Part shown: piece after piece, positions 44,507 to 54,778 of the stretch
Numbering within the stretch: the stretch's first letter is position 1
How the letters are laid out: every line of letters begins with the position of its first letter
From: Minutocellus sp. GHC0000111
Lineage: Eukaryota
Length of the DNA stretch: 64,000 nt
Reading direction: 5' to 3'
Assembly (NCBI GenBank): GCA_977018835.1
Contig: OZ361259.1
Location: 3,844,001 to 3,908,000, forward strand
Notes under the pieces: generated by a model
Databases searched by the model: none
The model's input: the letters and a program-made list of their open reading frames with translations, nothing else
What the model was told of the DNA's origin: nothing
Position numbers and translations under genes: made by a program

Positions 44507-46866
44507 TTATTTACGAAACATCCCAAAAAGACCCCCATTGGACCTCGGCCATGCATTGTCTGGTAATTTCTGGGCATTCGCTCCCACTCCTAGCACCTGC
44601 GCTGTCAACCTGCTTTTGGTGAGATTCTTATTCATCTTGCTTGCCAACCACCGACGGACTTCAAGATCTAAAGCCTTTCCTTTTGCCACTAGTTCGGCCT
44701 CATCGATCTCGGCTGCTCTAAACACATCATCCTGATCTTTTGTGACAGCTGCATCAACCACACGCATTGCCAACTTATATTTTGTCTTTTCATTGCGATC
44801 AAAAGCCCTGGGAAGTATTGCCAGCGGCGGAGGCATGGATTCATGCGACGACCCTGACTTCAGCTTTCCAGATCGAGCCAATTCTATTACTATTTCGCTC
44901 ATGAGCGGCCACTTATTCTTCTTTTTGCCCCCAGCGCTGCTGACAGTTGACAACTGCTCCGTCGTTGGTAGCGGTGGAGGCCGAAGAGCCGTCGGTAGCG
45001 GTGGCGCTCCTCCAACCATTCTCCTTGCTATGGCAACCGGCGATACTGCAATGGCAGATATTGCGGTGCCGATAATGCCAGAACCTCCAGCGGTGCGCTG
45101 CCGCACGTTTCGGCCAGGGGATCGCGGTGGGGATGGCTCTCTTCGTCGGATGGTGCCACCGCAGGTCTACTGGTACCAGCAACCGCCGAATCAACACGAC
45201 CAGAAGCAATCAATGGCACCGATGTTCCATTTAGCGCCCTTGCATCCGATTTTTGTAGCTGAGTCTCAAGGTGACATGTTGTTCTTGCGTTGGTTGCTGC
45301 CAAAGCCTTCGAATCGGCAATCTCCTTCCGCAAATCTGACACTAAACGATTGTTTTCAGCTACCACAGTAGCAAGCTCCTCCTCAGCGGATGAATACGGT
45401 GCATTGATGGCCTTGAAATCATCTGCCACCTTCCTTGACCACCCCTTCAATTGAGACAGATCAATACCGAGCTCGTCCCCCACATTCATCATCCGACGAA
45501 CGGCAGGGCCTGCAACTCCAAGAAAAGACAGCTTCGTCGAAAAATTCATAATGTTGGTGGCCAGCACCTCCCGTACCAGCTGCCGTAGCCTCCCTCCAGC
45601 CTTGAAATCAGGCATTGTCATTGGATATAATTTGTCTGCAAACCGATCCAAAAGAGCCATGTCGTCAGGCAAAGTGCTGATGGCAATGAGCCGAGGAGGA
45701 CGGTGGGACTTCCGAGGAGAGGGATGGCCAGCAAGAGACCTCATTGGCACATGTTGCATCGCCCGCCGAGATAGCACGTAGTGCCTGGTGTTATCAGCAG
45801 GAGCGTGGCCTGATCGTGCCGTGAGCTCTGGATGATTCACCGACGGATCTTCGTGAAGGTGGGTAGTGCCGCCGTATCGCATGCTTCGACCAGATATGCT
45901 GTCCCGTATTGAATCCGGCAGATCATCTCGCAAGGTTTCGGTGAGGGTCTTGGAAGTCCAGGAATCGCTTCGAGCCTGACACATCGGTACAACAAAGGCC
46001 TGGAGAAAACCTATATTGCCAGAGGAGTTGCAGGTACGAGAGAGGCCACCATCGACGCTCCAGTGGTCACCAAGGGCATCAAATACACAAGTCTCCCACC
46101 GGTCATAATCTGTACAGAAGGTAGTCGGCCTGGTCGTGCCATTCTTCAAGTCCTTCCAGTCAGCAGCAGCACAATTACCGACGGGATCATATATCATGCC
46201 CTGGTAGTTGAGATATTTCACCTCCCCGGACCGGCCATCGGCGGCATATGTCAAGTTGAGAGCAAGGCGTCGCTGGTGCTTGTCGCCGAGCTTGCTGGTT
46301 TTCAGTAGCTTGCGATTGATGGTGACCATATCGGGAACATCGTCGGCAAATGGACTGGTGCTGACACCGTCGTGTCCTTCAATAACACCAGCATCGGGGT
46401 TGAGGCGAACGATGCCGATCTTGCCGGGTACTTCGTCGACACCAGATGTGCCACGGACGCTGTCTCTCTCCAGCTTCTTGACGAGCGCGCCCTTGGAGAG
46501 GGTGAACCAGGTCTCGTCGGTCCAGTCGACGTGGCGGCCGAACCGGTCCTTCAGGTACTCCTTGATGAGGCCGAAGCCGTTGCCGACGCCGTCAGCCTTG
46601 AGGAGCTTGTCCCGGTTGTTCATGTACCTCGGAGGGTTCGTCGACATGTACTCGGCCCAAGAGCACAAAATTGATTCGATGTCGCCGGGCGATGCGACGT
46701 CTTCGGGCGTCAAGTCGTCGACAAAGGGAAGACCGATATGCTGAAGATATGCATTGAATCGGGTCTTGTACGATGATAACTCGGGTGGTGCCCTTGGGAC
46801 TGCCGTGCGGCGAAGGCCGGCGGTGGCGTTCGTGGCGGCGGTAGCAGCAGTAGTAGCGGCGGCCAT
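44507..46866 (-). mobile_element. Crypton-like tyrosine recombinase element; ORF frameshifted at ~45138
   Basis: Ordered tyrosine-recombinase motifs: GRSGE (R), DLKN (K), SGRSMRYGG (HxxR position), RSGH, NTRHYV (Y), followed by LAG. No RT or RNase H nearby. The C-terminus continues in ORF 44507-45106. Coordinates are those of the ORF; element termini are not defined. Confidence 0.75.
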
Positions 46867-47163
46867 GGTGTCAAAAGACTTATGTTTTTTATTTTGGCTC
46901 GCAGCCAAGATGCGCTTTCAGTTGGTGCTTGGCATCGCGGGGAAAATCTTGAAGTCTTCTCGCAGCAAACATGCGAGCCAAACTTTACCCAGGAATCCCC
47001 CCGAAACACCCGGGTAAAGTTCGGAAGCAAGGCGCAAAAGTCTCGCCGTCACGCTGGTCAGATACGACGGCGGGCAGACCAAATTTTTCGTGGTGGCCGG
47101 CCGCTGGCGCAGCTGGCGCGCGCTGATGCGTCACAAAATTCGCCTGGCGTATTGGTGTCCACC

Positions 47164-47757
47164 ATGGTGTCGCTACTGGCTCGTATTGCTCTGTTTCTAT
47201 CGGCCGCGGTCGCGGTGGGGTCGTTCTCCACCGAGGCCCCGCCCGCGAAGAAGGCCTGGTTCCCAGTCCGGCCTGCCGATGCCCTTCCCAACGAGTATGA
47301 CTCTGTCGTTCGCGGAGCCTTCGTTCGGCATGTCGTTGTGGAGACTGAGGAGATGGCCGACCTCGGTTTGAAGACATATCTCAAGGGTGGGAGCGATTCC
47401 GGAGTGACAAAATCGACCGATCCCTTTGGGGACCTTGCGAGAGACTTGAGCGCATGTGAAAAATCCAAGGAGGAGCGGGGAAAAGTTGGATGGGTTGACA
47501 ATCCATCCTACCATCGAGCCAAAAGTAGCAACGAGAGCGGAAGCAAATTGAATGAGGCTGTGATGGGCCTGCTACCAGCCGACATTATTTCAGACATCTT
47601 CGCTAGCAGACCAAAGGGTGGAGATGTCCTCAAATTCTCTTCTACGGAGACGGGCATGTTCCATTTGATCCGTGTGGATGACATTCAGATTGACTACCAG
47701 CAGGATTCCTCTTCCGTGTCCAAGCGTCCACAGTCGCAAGACGAGTCCAAATTCTAA
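47164..47757 (+). CDS. Parvulin (PpiC)-type PPIase-like domain with a signal peptide; possibly a truncated larger gene
   Basis: VRHVVVETEEMA, FGDLARDLSAC..SKEERGKVGWV and FHLIRV; the ORF ends 30 bp before the next gene fragment. Confidence 0.6.
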   Translation: MVSLLARIALFLSAAVAVGSFSTEAPPAKKAWFPVRPADALPNEYDSVVRGAFVRHVVVETEEMADLGLKTYLKGGSDSGVTKSTDPFGDLARDLSACEKSKEERGKVGWVDNPSYHRAKSSNESGSKLNEAVMGLLPADIISDIFASRPKGGDVLKFSSTETGMFHLIRVDDIQIDYQQDSSSVSKRPQSQDESKF

Positions 47758-47786
47758 CGATCAAGAAACCAACTAAGTAAGCCAAT

Positions 47787-47975
47787 ATGTGCGCTCCCGA
47801 ACAAAGAGCCGAAAAGAAGCAAGGCCAGCAGCAGGAAACGCCAAATGGCGACGACGACACCGTCACGAACAGCAAGTGGGTGCTCAAGGCTCGGCCGCAA
47901 GGCGTCTTCGACCCCAGCAACGACGTCGAGCTAACGACCGAGAACATTCCCACCTCGTCCCTCGAGGACGATGAG
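47787..47975 (+). pseudogene. N-terminal fragment of an NADP-dependent oxidoreductase (prostaglandin reductase/CurA-like)
   Basis: NSKWVLKARPQG...DVEL..E.IP...LEDDE matches the family N-terminus; similarity then stops abruptly. Confidence 0.55.
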
Positions 47976-49090
47976 ATGCGGGAAAATGGAGCCTCCAGAC
48001 ATGACCGGTGCGACCTTCGAATGTCGACAGATCCCCCTCCACGGAGTGGAGATGCCGAAAAGCCGGACGGGGACCGACCTCAAATCCGGGGCGATGTCAG
48101 AACAACGGCTGACGGCTGCAGGAGAAGGGCACATGCACCGCAAAGCAGTTTCGTGCTCCTCCTCCCTCTACTAGCTAGGAAACTCCTGAACAACGACGGA
48201 TCCATCGGCAAAGGTCATAAAAACACAACAGTCCGTTCAACAATTGGGTTTAATTGAACAGGCAGCCTCATTTGCATCAGTAAGAACGAATGTCAACACG
48301 ATCGTAACATAAACAAAAATCATAATTTCAGATTAGAAGAGATGACTGACGCACGTGTCACTTTACCATCATGTGTCGCATCTTGCCCAAGAGCCACTAG
48401 CACCACCACCACCCCACCACCACCACCAACTTCACCACATTCTCGAGAAGTGCATCCTCCATGTAGCTCAATGAGTTTCTCGAATTGTTCTTCATGCGAC
48501 ACACATGGAATTCATCGGGAGGGCGAGAGGAGGCCAAATCCGGTGTTTTTGTCGCGTGCGTATCTCGTTTACGTTCGGTTTGATCAAATAGTGACATCAT
48601 GCCCCTTGCCACCTCACGCACGTAGCTAGAATTCCTACGTAGTAGCTACGTGTAGCTAGGCCTGCTATGTAGCTCTCTAGAGTAGCCCTCTGTCACCTCT
48701 TGTGTGCTTGTGTTTTTGTGTACAATTTGAATCATAACTTGGCTGACACAATCGCAAAACTCCTTGTCCCACTTTGAATCGCGGTATCCCGCCGGCAGTC
48801 CCTTTCTTGACATTCATGCATGACTCTTGTTAGTGTGCGGACCGCTCTTTTCTGGATGAAAATTTGCCCTCTATTTTGGCAGATTGATCTGACACAATTT
48901 ATTTCGAAACGGGAGTGTACTAGTACTCGGTTTCCCTGTGCCGCTTTTCAACTTTGCGAAGGCTACATGTACTGTGCTATCGCCATCGCCACGCGTTCAC
49001 ATGTCCTGCCACTAGCTAGCTAGCTAGTACCGAAGAGAACTCAAACCCCAACAATCCTACTCTCAAGCTGCATCCTTTGCAAACCAAATA

Positions 49091-49630
49091 ATGAACTTCA
49101 TTGCATCCAACATGCCCAAGATTCCTAACCGTGATACCTTTCGTCGTGGATTCAGCAAGGAATCAGAGGGTGATATTACCGCGGCAACTATCAGCATTGA
49201 TGAAGATCAAGGTTTCGGGCTCTCATCTTCTTCATTCGCTCCGTTTGAAAACGACACGGAAGATCAACATGGCACATCAACGCACGAAGAAACTTCAAGC
49301 ACCGTACGCGATCCAGCTGAGCTCACGTGCACCATCGGCCCCATCGAAGTTCCCTTGAATGACGACAACAAGAGCTGCGTTCATCGATATGAAAAGGAAG
49401 GACATGACGAAAGAACCAATAAGCAAAATCGGGACATCAAAATCAAGCGCACGCTCTACGGTGCCGATGAAAAAGAATCCCACCCCTTTTTCGATGGGAG
49501 ATTTGTCGAAATCGACGGGATGGTTCAGGTCAACAAAGACTTTGAAGCTCACCGAGAAATTGCCAGGCGGCGACTGAGACGTGGCCGGCGTCGACAACCG
49601 GCTCTGGAGAGAAGTTTTGTGAATGCATAG
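49091..49630 (+). CDS. Hypothetical 179-aa protein
   Basis: Isolated ORF with an A-rich start context and an AT-rich 3' flank. Confidence 0.6.
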   Translation: MNFIASNMPKIPNRDTFRRGFSKESEGDITAATISIDEDQGFGLSSSSFAPFENDTEDQHGTSTHEETSSTVRDPAELTCTIGPIEVPLNDDNKSCVHRYEKEGHDERTNKQNRDIKIKRTLYGADEKESHPFFDGRFVEIDGMVQVNKDFEAHREIARRRLRRGRRRQPALERSFVNA

Positions 49631-50423
49631 GAATTCACAAACGTTCTACACGTATTAGTCGTCTCAACTATGTATTTTGTACATGATGGTTTCAAAATAA
49701 AGTACCTAAGTAAATCAATTTGCACATAAAGTTATATACCATTCTTCTCAGAATGTAGATCTTGCTTGCAGTCCGATACATTATGCTTCAAGTACCAGTA
49801 GATTCTTGGGGAGGGTCGCGTTGATCTTTAGTTGTAGATCGTGCTGATTTGAAGTTGCCTGTACATGTGTTTTCCGCTGCCGTGCCCCTACCGGTATCCC
49901 TCTCTGCTTCTTGGCTGATATTCCGCGTACAATTGCCAATAATTCGGATATCGCTGCGGTACAATTGAATTGCGCTGCACATGCTATTTCGCCTTACTTG
50001 TAGAACCTTTGGAGAATAGGAGTTGATGTCCGGGGGCGGATGAAAAGCCGAGGTTCCAAGGAGGAAGGACATGTGAGGAACCTAGGTTGTGCTATCGCTA
50101 CTTGGAAGGGAGAGATATAAAGCTTCTTTGTTGTGAACTAGCGAAAAGTTGAGAACGAGAACTCATCATCAGCACTCTTTTGTACAGATAATAAATTGTA
50201 ATGTATTTCGTTTTACATGTGACTTATACGGTATATGCATATGCATGGTGTACCAGCTCCATGTAATATGGACCACCTCAAGCTACTCTAGCTAGCTTGT
50301 ATGGGCTGTCAAGGTTTGTCAAACACTAAAGAACGTAGATTCGACGGACTCTGTTCGGCGAGGATAAAGGACCATTTTTGAGCTACATGTGATCGAAGGC
50401 TATTTCGCGCTTGTACGTAGCTA

Positions 50424-50918
50424 CTATGCAGCTGTACCACCTCTCTCGATGCCATTCATGATTTTGAGGATGAAGCTGTCTCTCGATCTGCCCTGGAAGC
50501 TTCCATTCTTTCTTGGGGGTCCTTCCTGGTGCACACCTCGACTGCTTCGTGTTACCTGCCTTCTGCGACGGGGAGCAGAGGCCGTCTTTGCCTCGTAGTA
50601 CAGGACGCCATCGCTCGATGACTTGAGCGTTTGGGAGAGCATGGCCCTCCCGGCCGATGCGGCGGCATGGTTGGTTTGTCTTGGCTTTTTCGTTGGATGG
50701 GGCTGAGCAGCAATGTCGGAAGTGTCGAACGTATCGTTGACACCAGCTCCACTCCTTTCGGACTGCCCGAGCTCATCGGACACGCCGACAGATTTGAGCT
50801 TTAGAAGTTCCATGAGACTCGCGAGGCTGGGAGCGCTGGAAGAGAAGCTGCTGCTGCTGAAGGAGCCATTGCGGAGGCTGCTGTTGCTGGACCTACTGCG
50901 GATTTTGTGCATTGCCAA
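50424..50918 (-). CDS. Gene A copy 3
   Basis: Near-identical to copy 1; the ATG start is probably 50912. Confidence 0.75.
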   Translation of the reverse strand: MAMHKIRSRSSNSSLRNGSFSSSSFSSSAPSLASLMELLKLKSVGVSDELGQSERSGAGVNDTFDTSDIAAQPHPTKKPRQTNHAAASAGRAMLSQTLKSSSDGVLYYEAKTASAPRRRRQVTRSSRGVHQEGPPRKNGSFQGRSRDSFILKIMNGIERGGTAA

Positions 50919-51396
50919 TGGGGTTGGGGGCTGGGATTGGAGAAAGTAGGAAATGAGTTGGTTTGTACTACGTATGTAGCTAACTTGCTGAGCTACTGCT
51001 GCTGCTGCACTTTACCGTCGCTGGCGCCAGAACGCGAAAGCACACAAGCTCTCACCACGCGTCGACGGCGCGGCGTAACGTGTCGCGTCGCTGTCTTTCC
51101 CATTTCGATAATTGATGCATGATCATGACGCGTTGTCACTTTTTCCCAATAAATACATTGAATGTGGCGCTCTCCCAATAAATAAATGTAGGCATGGCGT
51201 CCGCTCTGTGCCGGACATCTTGCTCTAGGCCTAGTAGTAGACATTTTCCCCCATGACCGACAAGCCGTCTATGCATGTGTGTCAGAACACTCTCGACATT
51301 GCCAAGTTGTCCCTTAACATTTTTCCCAAGGTCGAAAACAAACAGGAAACTGGGCGCAGTTCCAGTTCGAAAGTCAGAAATTCTGCCAGGGAATGC

Positions 51397-53967
51397 ATGA
51401 CTCGCATGCTTTTGGTCGCACTTTCGGTGGCCGGCCGGCGCGCGAAGCAACCGACCGGCGCGCCCAACGCGAGCCACCATGGCGGCAAAAATTCAAATTG
51501 CCGCCGCTGCGTGCAGAACGAAGGCGATGTCTCGCGCTGGTGTGGGAGAATTACGGCACGAGACGAACCAGGCACTCCCGACATCCTGGTGACACTCCCG
51601 TTGGTCTCGATCCACAACTCTCCATGAGCAAAAAAAATGACGGCCGCAATCCCGCGGTCAACACCGCAGACAGAATTGCGGTGCAGGACGCCCTGGCTGA
51701 ACTGCTCGTCCGTCTTCGCAGAAAGGAACTTCATCACTACAATTTCATCGGCAACAACAACGACTCCTTGATGAATGTGTTGGGATGCAGTCCCATCATG
51801 CACGGCGCCGTCATGCACACTGCGGGCATCTTGGGTTTGAAGAAGAAGAAACACGAAGACTGCGATGTGTTTTTTGTGAGGACAGACAACCAGAATGGAT
51901 GGGATGAAATGGTATCAAGACACTGCCTTGCCGACGACGTTCAGCGAACCCCATGCAAAAAGAGCATGTTTGTTCGCCTCGGTTCTGTCAATCCTCGTGC
52001 AGCCGACGCTCTCCATGATGATGGATGGATGGCTTTCGACATGGTCACGGTCGAGCAACAATTTCGCCTCGAAATGCCGCCGCCGCGGCTCAATTTGACG
52101 AAATCATGTAATGCATTCCTCAAGTCGGTCGCACCACACACATCGGTGGGACATGCGGCGATGGACTACGAAATCAACAGGCAGATGTTGCTCGAGGCCC
52201 AGAAGTTCCCTGGTGGGTGCAATGGCCAGGACGATGGGTGGGACAATGACGACGATGTTGGGACGGTGGGCACCCTGACCACGACGGAGGCCGGCGAGAT
52301 CAGTGAGGACGATGACGACGAAGACGAGGACTATGTGCCCTGTTATGAGGACGAAGCTGATGTTGCAAGAGAGGACGCTGCACATGAAGCATGCATGCAG
52401 CAGCGCTTTGAGAAGAATCGTCAGAAGCACGGTGATGGCGAGCGAGAGATGGGAGCTGTCGATGATGACGATGCCCCTCACTTCCATTTCCTGAAAAAGG
52501 CCGGCATTGAGGCGGCCGACTCAGGTAAAATAAGGGCAGTGCTGGCAGAATGCTGGAGAGCTTTATCTATTAATGTTTCTGATGGCAACAACAAGAAGAA
52601 ACCAAGGACAATAGAGTTCATCCACCATAACACCTCCACCAAAGGAACTCTCCTAGAGCACAATCGCGAGGAAGATGGCATGACGGATGACGACATCAAA
52701 GAGCTCTGCAAAGCTTGCTCTAATTTGCTCCACACTCTTGACGCAACACATTCCAGGTTTCTGAAATGGCACATGAAATGGGATGATGAGGCAAAGAAGG
52801 CTGTGAGAGAGCTTGAAGCATTGATTGCAAGTGCCCTCAAGCAAGCACGGGCAATCGGCACTAGCATAACGCCCAAGTGGCACTTACTCGAAGATCACAT
52901 CTTGGACCAACAACACATTTGGCTAGTGAAGAATGGATGGGGCGGCATCTATTGGCTCGACGAATCGTTTGTAGAGCGAGCCCACCAAGAGGGCGTTAAG
53001 GAAGATCGTCGGACTCAGGGCGTCAAGGGATATGAGGCCCAACAGACGGCGCAGTTCAAGGCTGAGGAGAGGGCATCCAATCCAAAGGTCGAGGAGAGGC
53101 GGGAGCGAAACTCTCGGGTGGCAAGAACAAGGAAAAGGACAAGGACCGAAGCTGTTAAAGCAGAAACTGATGACAAGCGCCAACAAATGATCATGATGGC
53201 CACCGATGGAGATGAGGATGTAGAGATGGGAGCAGGGCATGCATAAAATTAGAAAATGAAATCACACCACTGGTACACAACAACAAATGAATTGCGCAAT
53301 CCAACTTTTACAAACAGTGTCGCGATTGAGCAAAAAAGTAAATAGTACACCCAAACAAACACATCACGTCCTTCTTAACTCACCCATTTATCTCCCAGAC
53401 CAAAAAGTCCCTTTGTCGGGTTGATTGTTGCATAAACTTATCCCAACACTGTCTGTCTCTCCTCGGGCGCAAAACTGTTGTCGGAATTCCGGGAGAGGTC
53501 GAGTGGGGATGCGATCGGTCGGGATCAGCGAGAGTCGGTCATACGGGGGGTGCGGCGCAATCCCGGCAGTTTATCATCAACAACAACGTGGGAAAGTACC
53601 AGAGGGTCTGGGGCATCACAACGGGAGCACGACGAGCACAAAGACGGAGCAATGGCACCACCCCAGAGAAACGAACGGCCGACAGATGGAGGAAAAGCAG
53701 GCCGATGGTTCGTGGCGTTGATACGCAGCGGAGGCCAATCTGAGGATACAGTAAGCTTCAACTATATCCAAACATGATAATGAATGCGTATTTGGTACGA
53801 AAATATAGTTATACGCCGGCGCAACGCCGACGGACCACCATGGTGTTGGACGGTCAAAGAATGGGTGACGAACGAGATTGGGTTTTGGTGGGTTTCTTCG
53901 TGACGTGTTCGTCTTCTGCCGAAAAACGCTTCATCCGACCGGCGAAACAAGACGAGATGGGGCTGTG
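51397..53967 (+). mobile_element. ~2.6-kb DNA transposon, Transib/RAG1/Chapaev-like, probably non-autonomous
   Basis: Absent from the paralogous intergenic region (empty site GGGAATGCTTCCAGAAAATATCAAT at 18592-18616). Flanked by AATGC at 51392-51396 and 53968-53972. The right end reads CACAGCCCC on the minus strand, and the element contains a transposase-like ORF. Confidence 0.8.
51624..53246 (+). CDS. DDE transposase-like protein, probably internally deleted
   Basis: ITPKWHLLEDH...GGIYWLDESFVERAHQ (~52866-52988) fits the HxxxxH...G...ExxxE pattern around the catalytic Glu of Transib, RAG1 and Chapaev transposases. No Asp-bearing catalytic core was recognised upstream. Confidence 0.7.
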   Translation: MSKKNDGRNPAVNTADRIAVQDALAELLVRLRRKELHHYNFIGNNNDSLMNVLGCSPIMHGAVMHTAGILGLKKKKHEDCDVFFVRTDNQNGWDEMVSRHCLADDVQRTPCKKSMFVRLGSVNPRAADALHDDGWMAFDMVTVEQQFRLEMPPPRLNLTKSCNAFLKSVAPHTSVGHAAMDYEINRQMLLEAQKFPGGCNGQDDGWDNDDDVGTVGTLTTTEAGEISEDDDDEDEDYVPCYEDEADVAREDAAHEACMQQRFEKNRQKHGDGEREMGAVDDDDAPHFHFLKKAGIEAADSGKIRAVLAECWRALSINVSDGNNKKKPRTIEFIHHNTSTKGTLLEHNREEDGMTDDDIKELCKACSNLLHTLDATHSRFLKWHMKWDDEAKKAVRELEALIASALKQARAIGTSITPKWHLLEDHILDQQHIWLVKNGWGGIYWLDESFVERAHQEGVKEDRRTQGVKGYEAQQTAQFKAEERASNPKVEERRERNSRVARTRKRTRTEAVKAETDDKRQQMIMMATDGDEDVEMGAGHA

Positions 53968-54178
53968 AATGCTCCAGAAAATATCAATGCGCGTGAAGAT
54001 GCTTGTGACATCCCGCGGAGAAATAACAACAATTGTTGTGTGGCCTTGGCGGCTTGGCGGCCCGGCCGCACTCGCGGCCAACAGCTGCTGCATCTTGGCC
54101 GCAACCTTGAACAACACAACAAAACAAGAGCCAATCGACGGCTACATTACTGTACCAGTTGGAAATAAATAAACAACC

Positions 54179-54778
54179 ATGGCGCCGTCAACCGTAACCC
54201 CGCACTCGAGCACGATGATTTCGACGACAGCAACAACCACGTCGCACAATAAACCAGAGATGAGGCCGTCTTCATCTCGAATGGAAGGGATAGCACAACG
54301 GCATCAGACAAAAGGAAGACGTCTGAAGTTCTCTCGAAGGACCAGGATCTATCTCATCCCCACCCTCGACGAGCTCACACAACCCGAATACGACGCCTAC
54401 TACCGAACACCCCAGGATGAAAAAGAATCCCAAGACCATCTCGTCAAGACCATCACTACAGCACGCCAACATGAGGGCGGAACCATCCCAAGACGCCTGC
54501 AGGACCAGCTCACCACCCGAGGCATCGAGCACATGACCTGCTCCAACCGCATGAGACGGCGCTCGGAAATCAAGAAGCGCGTGGTGAACGCCGTCCTCGA
54601 CGAGCAAGACCAGCAGTTTGACGACTACGAGGCCGGCAAGACAAAAGTCGCGGTTTCCGATCCAGAACGGATCGCATCCATATCGCAGCGTTTGACACGC
54701 CAGTGTGCCGTCACCGCAAGGAACAAGGCAATGCAAGATGAAGACGAAGTGGCCACCCTCCGGCCGGAAACAAGATAG
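54179..54778 (+). CDS. Gene B copy 3
   Basis: 5' part near-identical to copy 1, with a distinct C-terminus. Confidence 0.8.
   Translation: MAPSTVTPHSSTMISTTATTTSHNKPEMRPSSSRMEGIAQRHQTKGRRLKFSRRTRIYLIPTLDELTQPEYDAYYRTPQDEKESQDHLVKTITTARQHEGGTIPRRLQDQLTTRGIEHMTCSNRMRRRSEIKKRVVNAVLDEQDQQFDDYEAGKTKVAVSDPERIASISQRLTRQCAVTARNKAMQDEDEVATLRPETR

Noticed and set aside
53880..53967. Full V(D)J-type RSS or a RAG2-like partner gene
   Set aside because: Only CACAG matches the heptamer; there is no ACAAAAACC-like nonamer at 12 or 23 spacing and no kelch-like ORF in the element.
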